A stretch of 64,000 nucleotides of DNA, from positions 28,511-92,510 of the forward strand of contig CAKZMQ010000022.1 of assembly GCA_937128795.1 (NCBI GenBank). Direction: 5' to 3'. Below the pieces are notes generated by a model. The model did not search any database, had not been told where the DNA came from, and saw nothing but the letters and a program-made list of their open reading frames with translations. The position numbers and the translations under genes are program-made. The stretch's first letter is position 1, and every line of letters starts with the position of its first letter. Shown piece by piece: positions 1 through 9,025 of the stretch. The DNA is from an uncultured Solirubrobacterales bacterium. Lineage in GTDB: Bacteria; Actinomycetota; Thermoleophilia; Solirubrobacterales; JACPNS01.

Positions 1-1
1 T

Positions 2-544
2 GAGCAGCGCTATCGCGACCTCACCTCACGCTGCATCGAGAATGACGAACTCTTCGGCATGGTCTTTGCGAACGAGGACGGATCCCCGCGCGAATTCGGC
101 TGCGCCACGGCCATCGAGGACGTTCTGGAGCGCTATGAAGACGGAAGAATGAACGTGCTCGTGGAAGGCCGCTGGCCAGTTCGTCTGATCGACGAGACCG
201 ATGGCTTCAGCTATCCAACTGCGACCGTTGAGCGTCTCACGGATGCCCCCGGCGTTCCAGCAGACAGCGGCCAGGCGACGCTCACGCAAAAGGCGTTCGC
301 GCAGCTCGTCGAGTCGTTGGCGATGGAAAGAATTGACGAGGACCAGCTGTTGCGGATGAACGCGTTCGCGATGGCCGCGCACGTGAACCTTGACGACAAC
401 GACAAACAAGCGTTGCTCGAAACCCGCGAAGAGGGAGATCGATTGTCGCTGCTCGAGCGGGTGTTTGCCGAGGCGGCCGAGCAGGCTGCGATCGCACGGC
501 GGTTGTCTGGCCTTGCGCAGACGAACGGCCACGCGCCGCGCTGA
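2..544 (+). CDS. LON N-terminal (substrate-binding) domain protein, 5' end cut by window edge
   Basis: The frame is open from base 2 to the stop at 542-544. The translation (EQRYRDLTSRCIENDELFGMVFANEDG...NVLVEGRWPVRLID) resembles stand-alone LON substrate-binding domain proteins. Confidence 0.6.
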   Translation, partial: EQRYRDLTSRCIENDELFGMVFANEDGSPREFGCATAIEDVLERYEDGRMNVLVEGRWPVRLIDETDGFSYPTATVERLTDAPGVPADSGQATLTQKAFAQLVESLAMERIDEDQLLRMNAFAMAAHVNLDDNDKQALLETREEGDRLSLLERVFAEAAEQAAIARRLSGLAQTNGHAPR

Positions 545-612
545 TCGAGCACTGCGTTGATCGAGCGTGGCGCGCAACGTTCGCAGTGATGGATCCGATC
601 GCTGAAGTTGAT

Positions 613-1377
613 TCAGCGCGATCCGACGCGCTTGAACACGAATGCCGACAGCGGCAGGGCGACGATCAGAATCCCGACGCACCAGGCGATCGACGCCGTG
701 ATCGAATTTCCGACTGGCTGCTCGAGCGTCAGAGCGCGGACTGCGTTGACGACCTGCGTGACCGGCTGGTGATCGGCGAAGGCCTGCAGGCCGGCCGGCA
801 TCGAGCTGGTCTGCACGAACGCCGAGCTGGCGAACGTCAGCGGCAGGATGATGATGAACGAGATCTGTTGCAACGCCTCGACGTTGGGAATACCGAGCGC
901 CATCAGGGCGCCGACCCAGGAGATTGCGAAGCTGAAGAACAACAGCAGACCCAATGCGAGCGCCCAGTCTGCGAGTGAGCCATCGGGCCGGTATCCGACG
1001 AGTACGCCGACGACAATCATCACGAAGATCGTGAACAGGTTTCGCAACAGGTCGGCGATCGTGCGGCCCGTGAGGATCGCCGACCGCGACATCGGCAGCG
1101 TGAAGAACCGTTCGACGATGCCTTTCTCCATGTCGCTCGCCAGCGAAATCGCTGTGGTCAACGCGCCAAACGCGATCGTCTGGACGAAGATTCCCGCCAT
1201 CAGGAAGTTCACGTATGTAGTACCGCCCACGTCGATCGCGCCACCGAACACGTAGCGGAACAGCAGAACGAACATCACCGGCGAGATGGTGATTCCGACG
1301 AGAATTTCCGGACTGCGAAATGTATGCGTAATAGAACGCTTGAACAACAGCCAAGTGTCTGCGAATGTGTTTTTCAT
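613..1377 (-). CDS. ABC-2 type exporter permease (DrrB-like)
   Basis: 254-aa polytopic membrane protein (about 6 hydrophobic segments). It overlaps the upstream ATPase gene by 4 nt, the typical drrAB-like arrangement. Confidence 0.8.
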   Translation of the reverse strand: MKNTFADTWLLFKRSITHTFRSPEILVGITISPVMFVLLFRYVFGGAIDVGGTTYVNFLMAGIFVQTIAFGALTTAISLASDMEKGIVERFFTLPMSRSAILTGRTIADLLRNLFTIFVMIVVGVLVGYRPDGSLADWALALGLLLFFSFAISWVGALMALGIPNVEALQQISFIIILPLTFASSAFVQTSSMPAGLQAFADHQPVTQVVNAVRALTLEQPVGNSITASIAWCVGILIVALPLSAFVFKRVGSR

Positions 1378-2366
1378 CGGGTCTCCTCAAGACTGTCTTC
1401 GTCAGCGTGCTCAACGTGCTCGCCGGTCAAGGTCAGGAATACGTCGTCGAGCGTCGGGCGGTGCACGAAGACTTCGTCGATCTCGATGTCGTGCTCTTCG
1501 AGAAGGTCGATCAGGCGGGCGATCTGCTTCGGACCGTCCGTCAGAGCGGCGGTAATTGTTCGCTCGTCGACGTCGCGTTCGACGACTTCGCAGTTCTTGC
1601 CTTCGATCAGCGACTGCGCGCGTTCGACTGCGCTGGCGTCCGTGAGCTTCAATTCCAGACGCTCGCCGCCGACTTGGTCCTTCAGTTCGTCGGAAGTCCC
1701 GCGGGCGATCACACGCCCGTGGTCGATCACGACGACCTCGTCGGCCAGTTGATCGGCCTCGTCGAGGTATTGAGTCGTGAGCAGTACGGTCGTGCCGCGA
1801 CCGACCAGTTCCTCGATCAGTTCCCACATGCCGAGCCGGCTGCGCGGGTCCAGCCCGGTTGTGGGCTCGTCGAGAAAGAGAATGTCTGGCTCAGCGATCA
1901 TGCTGGCCGCGAGGTCGAGCCGTCGACGCATACCGCCGGAGTACGTACCGGCAGGGCGATCCGCAGCGTCGGCGAGGTCAAAGCGCGCGAGCAGGTCGTT
2001 CGCTCGCGGCTTGACTGCAGCCTTTTCCATCCGTGCAAGTCGGCCGATCATTTCGAGGTTCTCGCGGCCCGTCAGCAGTTCGTCCACCGCCGTGTCCTGG
2101 CCGGTGAGCCCGATTTTCGTGCGGACGTCGTTCGGCTGTTTTGCGAGGTCGAAGCCGGCAACGGAGGCGTGGCCGCCGTCGGGACGCAATAGCGTTGTCA
2201 ACATGCGAACGGTCGTCGTCTTGCCGGCACCGTTGGGGCCGAGCAGCGCGGTGACGGTTCCGGTGTTGACGGTCAGATCGACGCCGTCGACGGCCTTGGT
2301 TTCGCCGAAGTGTTTCGTCAACCCTTCGGCGTGAATCGCAATATCGGGCATATCAATGTCTCTCAA
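1374..2366 (-). CDS. ABC transporter ATP-binding protein (DrrA/daunorubicin-resistance-like)
   Basis: Walker A GPNGAGKTT, ABC signature YSGGMRRRL, Walker B ILFLDEPTTGLD. A C-terminal extension typical of the DrrA subfamily is present. Confidence 0.9.
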   Translation of the reverse strand: MRDIDMPDIAIHAEGLTKHFGETKAVDGVDLTVNTGTVTALLGPNGAGKTTTVRMLTTLLRPDGGHASVAGFDLAKQPNDVRTKIGLTGQDTAVDELLTGRENLEMIGRLARMEKAAVKPRANDLLARFDLADAADRPAGTYSGGMRRRLDLAASMIAEPDILFLDEPTTGLDPRSRLGMWELIEELVGRGTTVLLTTQYLDEADQLADEVVVIDHGRVIARGTSDELKDQVGGERLELKLTDASAVERAQSLIEGKNCEVVERDVDERTITAALTDGPKQIARLIDLLEEHDIEIDEVFVHRPTLDDVFLTLTGEHVEHADEDSLEETR

Positions 2367-2454
2367 TTTTTGATGTGGTTTCGCGCGGGGCAGGGGCTAC
2401 TCATTGATCAGACGACGGATACTAGATACGCGAACGGATGTTCGTATTGGGGAG

Positions 2455-3993
2455 TTACGCGACGATAGCGGCGCCGCCCCGGCGGGGATCGCCCGCACCG
2501 GCCAACTCGCCCTGGGAATCGAGCCCTACGGCTTGGCAGCCACCAAAGAAGAGATTCTTCCGGTCCCACTGCGCGGCCGGAATGCCGGACTTCTGCAATT
2601 CCTCGATCGCCAATTCGTCGATCCCGGGCTCTGCCTGGACCATGCCGTCTTCGAAGTGCAGCCGCGGCGCCTGCACCGCCTCTTCGATCGACATCCCGCG
2701 GTCAATCACGTTGACGACCGTTTGCAGCACGGCAGAACGGATGCGGTTCGACCCGGCCGAGCCGACCACCACGGTCGGCTTCCCGTCCTCGATCACGATC
2801 GTCGGCGACATCATCGACGTCACCCGCTCACCCGCGCGGTTGTTCTCGGCGCCGAGCGGATTCAGATCCATCTCGCCAAGCATGTTGTTGAGCGAGATTC
2901 CCGTACCGGGGACGATGACGCCGGAGCAGGATCCGTTCGAGCAGGTGCACGACACCGCCATCCCCTCTGCGTCGAGCACCGAGATGTGCGTGGTCGACCC
3001 GACCGTGTCACCGCCACTGGCCGGACCGCCGCGCTGGACGGATTCGTGCTCGCCAGTCAGCCAACTCGCGCCGGACTGCAGGAATTCGTCCCAGAATCCC
3101 GGCCGCGAGAGGCCTTCAACGAACTCGCGGTCACGACCGCGGTTGGCAAAATCCATCGCGGCGACCAACTCCTGTACCCCGACCCGATCGGAGGCCGAAA
3201 GGTGAACGAAGCTGTCGGCAATCAGCAGCCCACCGGAGGACGGCGGCGGATTCGTGATCACTCGCCGCCCGCGATACTGCGTCTCTCCTGGGGTTCGATC
3301 CTGTACGGCGTACGCGGCAAGGTCATCGCGGGTCAGAGTTCCGCCGTGTTCGCAGACGTAGTCGGCGATCGCGTGTGCGATTTCCCCGGTATAGAACGGA
3401 TCCGGACCCTCCTCGGCAAGGCGCTCGATCGCCTCGCCAAACTCCGGCAGGAACAAGCGCTCGCCGACCTGCGGCATGTTGCCGTCGGGGGCATAGACGG
3501 CGCGGCCTTCGGGCCAATTGGTGAGGATCGGCGCGAGGATCCTGTATAGGAACGCGTGCAGCTCAGATGTGACGACACCCTCACGCGAGAGTTGGACAGC
3601 CGGTGCCGCAAGATCCGGCATGCGCGCAGTACCGAAGCGATCGAGTGCCTGCCAAATCCCAGCGGCCGTTCCATACACGCCACAGGTCGCGGGGCCGCCG
3701 TTGAACTGCTGGACGGCACCCTCAAAATCGACCATGAACTCGACGTGGCTCGCCGCAGGAGCGACTTCGCTCGGCGAAGCGACGAAGAAGTCGAGCAGAT
3801 GGCTCTCGCCGCCCGGCGTGTGGATCAGCATGAATCCGCCGGCGCCGATCCCGGTGAGCGGCGATTCAGCAATGAACGAGGTGAGCATTGCCGCGACGGC
3901 GGCGTCAACCGCGTTGCCGCCTTCGCGCAGTACGTCAGCCCCGGCCTCTGCGGTCAGCTCGTGACCGGCGGCGATAACCCCGCGGCTACTCAT
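2455..3993 (-). CDS. ggt: gamma-glutamyltransferase
   Basis: 512 aa. The autoprocessing/catalytic Thr region is GSTTHISVLDAEG, and the downstream block is GISLNNMLGE...GERVTSMMSPT. Confidence 0.85.
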   Translation of the reverse strand: MSSRGVIAAGHELTAEAGADVLREGGNAVDAAVAAMLTSFIAESPLTGIGAGGFMLIHTPGGESHLLDFFVASPSEVAPAASHVEFMVDFEGAVQQFNGGPATCGVYGTAAGIWQALDRFGTARMPDLAAPAVQLSREGVVTSELHAFLYRILAPILTNWPEGRAVYAPDGNMPQVGERLFLPEFGEAIERLAEEGPDPFYTGEIAHAIADYVCEHGGTLTRDDLAAYAVQDRTPGETQYRGRRVITNPPPSSGGLLIADSFVHLSASDRVGVQELVAAMDFANRGRDREFVEGLSRPGFWDEFLQSGASWLTGEHESVQRGGPASGGDTVGSTTHISVLDAEGMAVSCTCSNGSCSGVIVPGTGISLNNMLGEMDLNPLGAENNRAGERVTSMMSPTIVIEDGKPTVVVGSAGSNRIRSAVLQTVVNVIDRGMSIEEAVQAPRLHFEDGMVQAEPGIDELAIEELQKSGIPAAQWDRKNLFFGGCQAVGLDSQGELAGAGDPRRGGAAIVA

Positions 3994-4071
3994 GCGGCAG
4001 CGCCCACAGATTCCGTCGAGTCGGCGAACCCCATCGATGGACGGTACCGAGCCGGCACCACGGACCAGACG

Positions 4072-5715
4072 TCAGCCGCGCGGAACGAACTCGGGCACGT
4101 CGATGTCGTTGAGCTCCATCGATCCACCGCCAGAGCCACCTCGACGAACGCGCGGTTCGCGATCCACCCGCGTTGCCTCGATCAGGGCCGAACCGCGCGC
4201 GTTACCGCCGCGGGCACCTTCTGATTCGATGCGCCCATGGCGCGGGCGATGGTCGTTGTAACGGGTTGCGATGACCGTCACCCAGACCTGATCGGTCAGG
4301 TTCGGATCGACCATTGCCCCGAAGATGATGTTGGCCTCCGGATGGGCAGCTTCCTGAACGATCTGCGCCGCCTCGTTGACCTCCCAGAGTGAGAGGTCGG
4401 GGCCACCGGTGATTGACAGCAGGATCGAACGCGCGCCCTCGATGCTCGTCTCGAGCAACGGCGAGCTGACGGCCTGATTGGCGGCGTCGGTCGAGCGTGT
4501 GTCGGTGCCACCGGCACCCATACCGATACCAAGCAGAGCTTGCCCCGCGTCGGACATGATCGTGCGCACGTCAGCGAAGTCGATGTTGATCAGCCCCGCG
4601 AGCGTGACGAGATCGCTGATTCCCTGCACGCCCTGGCGCAGAACGTCATCGGCCACGCCGAAGGCTTCGACCATTGAAGTGTTTTTGTCGAGGATTGCCA
4701 GCAGCCGGTCGTTAGGCACGACGATCAGCGTGTCGACCTCTTCCGCAAGTGATTCCACACCGAGCGTGGCGGCGCCCTTGCGGCGTGTTCCCTCGAAACC
4801 GAACGGTGTGGTGACGATGCCGACCGTCAATGCGTCGACCTCGCGTGCGATGCGCGCAACTATTGGCGCAGCGCCGGTACCAGTACCGCCACCCGCGCCG
4901 GCTGTGATGAAGATCATGTCGCTGCCCTTGAGCACGCGCTTGATCGCGTCGTAGTCGGCGATCGCTGCGCGAGCGCCCTGCTCCGGGTCCGCTCCTGCGC
5001 CGAGGCCACGCGTGATGTCGCCGCCGATGTGCAGCTTGACGTCGGCACTGCTGCCCTGCAACGACTGCATGTCGGTGTTGATCGCTACGAACTCGACGCC
5101 GGTCACTCCGGCTTCGATCATGCGATCGACGGCGTTGACTCCTGCACCGCCGACACCGACGACGCGAAGCGCCGGCGAGACGACCTGCGACGAACTCGAT
5201 TTGTACGGCGCTGCGTTTGGGTCGGGAAGTTCGCGCCCGTAGCGGGGCGCAGAGTCCTCGTCGGCGGTGTCGAGAATGTCCGACGGTACGTGCATGTCGA
5301 AGACCTTTTTCAGACGCTCTTTGGCGGGAACATCGCTGGCCATCGTGTTGGCCTCGCGCTGAGTCTCGCCGGCCGAGGATTCAGAAACGGCGAAAGCCGC
5401 CTGATCGGCGGCTGGCATCTGATCGTCTGGTGCTGGTTCGGCGCGCTCCTGCTCGGCTGCTTCTTGCTGCTGGGGAGGGGCCTGTCCAGCTGCGGTCCGC
5501 GGCTCCGAAGTCGGCTGCGCCGGGGGCGACGGGTCAGCCGCCGCAGCTTTGTCGTTGGCGGCGGACTCTTCGGCAGTCTCGGATGCGGCCTCTGGCCCGT
5601 CCGTGCGGCGGAAGAGCGAGGCGAGTGGACCCTCGCGCATGCTGGCGCGCTTGTTCACGGCCGGCTTCTTGGCAGCATCACCGGAAGCGTTGTCGGGCCC
5701 GTTATCTGTTGCCAT
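4072..5715 (-). CDS. ftsZ: cell division protein FtsZ with ~190-aa low-complexity N-terminal extension
   Basis: Motifs: [15 protein letters not shown], tubulin signature [13 protein letters not shown]7 loop NIDFADV, C-terminal peptide [10 protein letters not shown]. The ATG at 5715 is preceded by AAGGAGG (5725-5731) with 9-nt spacing. It overlaps the parA stop by 14 nt. An alternative internal ATG at 5343 has GAGG upstream. Confidence 0.85.
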   Translation of the reverse strand: MATDNGPDNASGDAAKKPAVNKRASMREGPLASLFRRTDGPEAASETAEESAANDKAAAADPSPPAQPTSEPRTAAGQAPPQQQEAAEQERAEPAPDDQMPAADQAAFAVSESSAGETQREANTMASDVPAKERLKKVFDMHVPSDILDTADEDSAPRYGRELPDPNAAPYKSSSSQVVSPALRVVGVGGAGVNAVDRMIEAGVTGVEFVAINTDMQSLQGSSADVKLHIGGDITRGLGAGADPEQGARAAIADYDAIKRVLKGSDMIFITAGAGGGTGTGAAPIVARIAREVDALTVGIVTTPFGFEGTRRKGAATLGVESLAEEVDTLIVVPNDRLLAILDKNTSMVEAFGVADDVLRQGVQGISDLVTLAGLINIDFADVRTIMSDAGQALLGIGMGAGGTDTRSTDAANQAVSSPLLETSIEGARSILLSITGGPDLSLWEVNEAAQIVQEAAHPEANIIFGAMVDPNLTDQVWVTVIATRYNDHRPRHGRIESEGARGGNARGSALIEATRVDREPRVRRGGSGGGSMELNDIDVPEFVPRG

Positions 5716-6490
5716 GCGCGATGACCTCCTTGGCCAAGTCTCTGTAGGACTGGGCTGCCATGCCGTCGGGGTCGTACTTGAGGACGGACATTCCCTTCAC
5801 GGGAGCCTCCGCGAAGCGAATCGTCTTCTTGATGCGTGATGCAAACACTCGGTCCCCAAAGTTCTCTTCCAACAACTCGATTGCTTCCTTGGCGTGAAGC
5901 GTGCGTGAATCAACCAACGTCGGCAAAATGCCTTCGATGTCGACATCCGGGTTGAGGTTCTCGCGGATCATCGCCAAGGTGTTCTGCAACTGGATGAGCC
6001 CCCTCATTGAGAGGTACTCACACTGTACGGGAACAATAACTTTGTCAGCGGCGGTGAGAGCGTTGATTGTCAGGAGTCCGAGCGATGGCGGCGTGTCAAT
6101 GCAGATGAAGTCGTACTGATCGCGGATCTCATCGAGCGCCTTGTCGAGCGCGCGCTCGCGACCGATCTGGGTGGAAAGCGCCATTTCGGCGCCGGCAAGG
6201 TCGATCGAGGCGACGGCGACGTCCACCTCGCGCTTGACGATGATCTCGCTGATCGGCACTTTGTGGACGAGCACGTCATAGATCGACGTCTCGACCGTGT
6301 CCGGGTCAACGCCCTGTGACATCGTCAGGTTGCCCTGCGGGTCCATGTCGATGCAGAGCACCTTGTGGCCCTCTTCGACGAACGCGGCAGACAGGTTGAG
6401 CGTGGTCGTGGTCTTGGCGACGCCGCCCTTTTGATTGGCGAAGGCGATGACCTTGGCCTTCTTCTTGCTGCTCTTGTTGTTGTCAGTCAT
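5702..6490 (-). CDS. ParA/Soj-family ATPase (orphan, no parB nearby)
   Basis: Deviant Walker [13 protein letters not shown], followed by [10 protein letters not shown] and [10 protein letters not shown]. The start is set at the ATG at 6490 ([17 protein letters not shown]) with GGAG 9 nt upstream. The longer ORF reaching 6820 has no family-like sequence. Confidence 0.85.
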   Translation of the reverse strand: MTDNNKSSKKKAKVIAFANQKGGVAKTTTTLNLSAAFVEEGHKVLCIDMDPQGNLTMSQGVDPDTVETSIYDVLVHKVPISEIIVKREVDVAVASIDLAGAEMALSTQIGRERALDKALDEIRDQYDFICIDTPPSLGLLTINALTAADKVIVPVQCEYLSMRGLIQLQNTLAMIRENLNPDVDIEGILPTLVDSRTLHAKEAIELLEENFGDRVFASRIKKTIRFAEAPVKGMSVLKYDPDGMAAQSYRDLAKEVIAHGNR

Positions 6491-6690
6491 TTCGGGCGGC
6501 TCCAGATGAGTCGGTGCGGGGCCGCGCGGCGAGCGACGCCGAACGGCGGAAGTTTGCTTTTGATCAGCCCCGGGAGAGGGCCTACTGCATGGCGTATTCG
6601 TAGAAGGGTGGGGTATTCCTGCCCAGGGGTGATGTTGGATTTTCAGGCTGGATGCGGGATTGCGGCAACTTGCCTTCGTTTTGATGCTTC

Positions 6691-6918
6691 GGGTGGGTTG
6701 ACTTTCGTTTTGGCAGGCGAGAAGGAAGGCGATTGGGCGTGGGGCGCGGTCCTTTGCGGGGCGGGTCGCATTCCAATGGGGGACGTTGGTCCAGGACTCC
6801 CCCTGAGGGGGACTCCTCAATCAAAAACCTGCATCGGAAGGCCATCCACCCAAACAGCCCCGCCGCCCGCGCCGATCCTGCTTCCTTTTCGCCTGCCAGT
6901 ACGAAAGTCAATCCGCCC
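6691..6918. repeat. 38-bp imperfect inverted repeat (arms 6691-6728 and 6881-6918) enclosing 152 bp
   Basis: Arm gggtgggttgactttcgttttggcaggcgagaaggaag versus the reverse complement of cttccttttcgcctgccagtacgaaagtcaatccgccc gives 33/38 Watson-Crick pairs. Four of the five differences are G-U compatible on the + strand. Confidence 0.8.
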
Positions 6919-6958
6919 CTGGCTCCAACCCGAGCCAACACGACTAGCCTCCCGTGCC

Positions 6959-7927
6959 ATGCCAAGCAAGGCGTTCGGCACACCTCCCAAGGACCTCTTC
7001 AAGCACCGGCTGCTGTTCGTCACCGGCAAGGGTGGCGTCGGCAAGACGACCGTTGCAGCGGCACTGGGTCTCGCCGCCGCCAACGCCGGCTTGAAGACGA
7101 TGGTCTGCGAGCTCGATGCACGAGAGCGACTGCACAGCCTTTTCAACGTCCCGACGCGTGGTTTCGAAGAGGTGGAACTCGTCCCAGATCTTCACGCAAT
7201 CGCGATCGACCCACAACACGCGATCGAGGAGTACCTGCTGCTGCAGATCAAGGTGCGACCGGTCTACGACATGTTGTTCAAGAACCGGATCTTCGACTAC
7301 TTCGCCGCCGCAACTCCAGGCCTCGCCGAGCTGGTGACGATCGGCAAGGTCTGGGAGCTCGCGCAGCCGGATCGGCTGACCAAAAAGGCGCAGCGCTACG
7401 ACCTCGTGATCGTCGACGCGCCCGCCACCGGACATGCGCTGGCGATGCTTGAAGCGCCGGAGACGTTCCGCAAGATCGCCAGGATGGGGCCGATCCATCG
7501 CCAGGCCGGCTACATCCAGCAGTTCTTGCACGACCCGGAGCAGACGGCGGTGATCGCGGTTGCCACCGCCGAGGAGATGCCGGTTAACGAAACCGTCGAC
7601 CTGCGAAACGAGTTGATCGAGCGTGTCGGGCTCGATGTGTCGCTCAGCATTCTCAACGCACTCGAACCTGAATTCTTCAGCTCGGCCGAAGTGAAGAAAC
7701 TCCGCGCCGTTGACGCGATCGCCCCGATCGAGGCTGCGATTCTCCAGTCCGAGCGCGCAGCGCGCCAGCGAGAGCAACTCGATCGATTGGGCAACGACCT
7801 TGACCGACCGATCATCACGCTGCCGTTTCTCTATGAAAAGGCGATCGGCCGGGCCGAGCTCTCCGAACTGGCCGAGGCGCTGGCCGAGGATCTTGCAGAA
7901 CCGCTCGACGAGGTGCGCCGCTCGTGA
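6959..7927 (+). CDS. ArsA/Get3-like ATPase, first of a pair (Rv3679-like)
   Basis: P-loop GKGGVGKTT, then DLVIVDAPATGHAL. The start is set at the ATG at 6959 (MPSKAFG); upstream ORF sequence overlaps the inverted-repeat region. Confidence 0.8.
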   Translation: MPSKAFGTPPKDLFKHRLLFVTGKGGVGKTTVAAALGLAAANAGLKTMVCELDARERLHSLFNVPTRGFEEVELVPDLHAIAIDPQHAIEEYLLLQIKVRPVYDMLFKNRIFDYFAAATPGLAELVTIGKVWELAQPDRLTKKAQRYDLVIVDAPATGHALAMLEAPETFRKIARMGPIHRQAGYIQQFLHDPEQTAVIAVATAEEMPVNETVDLRNELIERVGLDVSLSILNALEPEFFSSAEVKKLRAVDAIAPIEAAILQSERAARQREQLDRLGNDLDRPIITLPFLYEKAIGRAELSELAEALAEDLAEPLDEVRRS

Positions 7928-9009
7928 ACCTCGAACAACTCCTCGACGGCAAGAAGGTCGCGGTCTGTGCCGGCTCGGGCGGAGTCGGCAAGACAACGAC
8001 GAGCGCGTCGATCGCGATCGGCATGGCTGCCCGCGGCAAGCGCGTGGCGGTTCTGACCATCGATCCGGCGAAGAGATTGGCGGATTCGCTCGGGCTCAGC
8101 GAACTCGGCACCGAGTTGCGCGAGGTTGACCCGAAACTCTTCACGCCCTTCGGCGTCGAGTTGACCGGTGAGCTGCATGCCGCGATGCTGGATCCCAAGC
8201 GCACATTCGATGAGCTGATCGAGCGCTACGCGCCGGATCACGAGACCTACGAGCGAATCCTCGAAAATCGCATCTACCAGGAGCTCTCGAATGCGATCGC
8301 CGGTTCGCAGGAGTACATGGCGATGGAGAAACTGCTCGAACTTCACGAGGAGGGCGACTTCGACCTGCTCGTGCTCGACACTCCCCCATCCCGCAACGCA
8401 CTCGATTTTCTCGACGCGCCCAAGCGGCTTGCACGCTTTATCGACGGGCGTTCGCTGCGTGTGTTCCTGGCGCCCGGTCGCTTCGGGTTGCGCATCGCGG
8501 GCCGCGGCGGAAGCATGATCTTCTCGGCGCTGAAACGCATCACCGGGATCGATCTGCTCAACGACCTCTCCGAGTTCTTCAGCAACTTCGCCGACATGGC
8601 GAGCGGGTTCAGCGAACGCGCTCAGCGCGTCGACGCTTTGCTGCGCGGGCGGCAATCCACTTTTCTACTGATCTGCTCGCCAGAAAACGAACCGGTCGAC
8701 GAGGCGATCTTTTTTCGCCGCATGCTCAAAGAACAGAAGCTGCCGTTCGGCGGCGCGATCGTCAACAAGGTGCGTCCGGACTACTACCGCGCGCGCAAGC
8801 AGCTACCCGATGAGATCGAAGAGGATCTCGCGACACGGGTGATGGAGAACTACGAACGCCAGCGACTGCTCGGCAAACGCGACGGCGAGAACATCGCCCG
8901 GCTCGAAAAATCGCTCTCGGCCGACAAGGTCATTCAGATCCCGTTGTTTTCCGACGACATCCATGGCGTCGAGGGTTTGGTCCACATGGTGGACCAGCTC
9001 TTCGAGTAG
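7924..9009 (+). CDS. ArsA/Get3-like ATPase, second of a pair (Rv3680-like)
   Basis: P-loop GSGGVGKTT, then TIDPAKRLADSLGL and LVLDTPPSRNALDFL. The GTG start overlaps the upstream stop (GTGA), indicating coupling. Confidence 0.8.
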   Translation: MNLEQLLDGKKVAVCAGSGGVGKTTTSASIAIGMAARGKRVAVLTIDPAKRLADSLGLSELGTELREVDPKLFTPFGVELTGELHAAMLDPKRTFDELIERYAPDHETYERILENRIYQELSNAIAGSQEYMAMEKLLELHEEGDFDLLVLDTPPSRNALDFLDAPKRLARFIDGRSLRVFLAPGRFGLRIAGRGGSMIFSALKRITGIDLLNDLSEFFSNFADMASGFSERAQRVDALLRGRQSTFLLICSPENEPVDEAIFFRRMLKEQKLPFGGAIVNKVRPDYYRARKQLPDEIEEDLATRVMENYERQRLLGKRDGENIARLEKSLSADKVIQIPLFSDDIHGVEGLVHMVDQLFE

Positions 9010-9025
9010 CTAAAACGCCCGCAGG

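Noticed and set aside
26-1414. 462-aa ORF on the - strand spanning the LON-domain gene and the ABC permease region
   Set aside because: The sequence is Arg/Ala/Pro-rich with no motifs. It overlaps two well-supported genes, so it is a typical high-GC antisense or out-of-frame ORF.
2404-3549. 381-aa and 255-aa + strand ORFs opposite the GGT gene
   Set aside because: GGT on the - strand has clear family motifs. The + strand ORFs are low-complexity, Arg-rich artefacts.
6491-6820. N-terminal extension of the ParA ORF (ORF 5702-6820)
   Set aside because: The ParA family sequence starts at the ATG at 6490, which has an SD. The upstream 110 codons are non-homologous and run through the inverted-repeat region.
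6365-6958. N-terminal extension of the first ArsA-like ORF (ORF 6365-7927), plus ORFs 6582-6983 and 6733-7452
   Set aside because: The identical peptide GGLTFVLAGEKE appears on both strands only because of the inverted repeat. The ArsA homology begins at 6959.
6944-7996. 350-aa - strand ORF opposite the ArsA-like gene
   Set aside because: It is antisense to a gene with clear P-loop motifs and has no motifs of its own.
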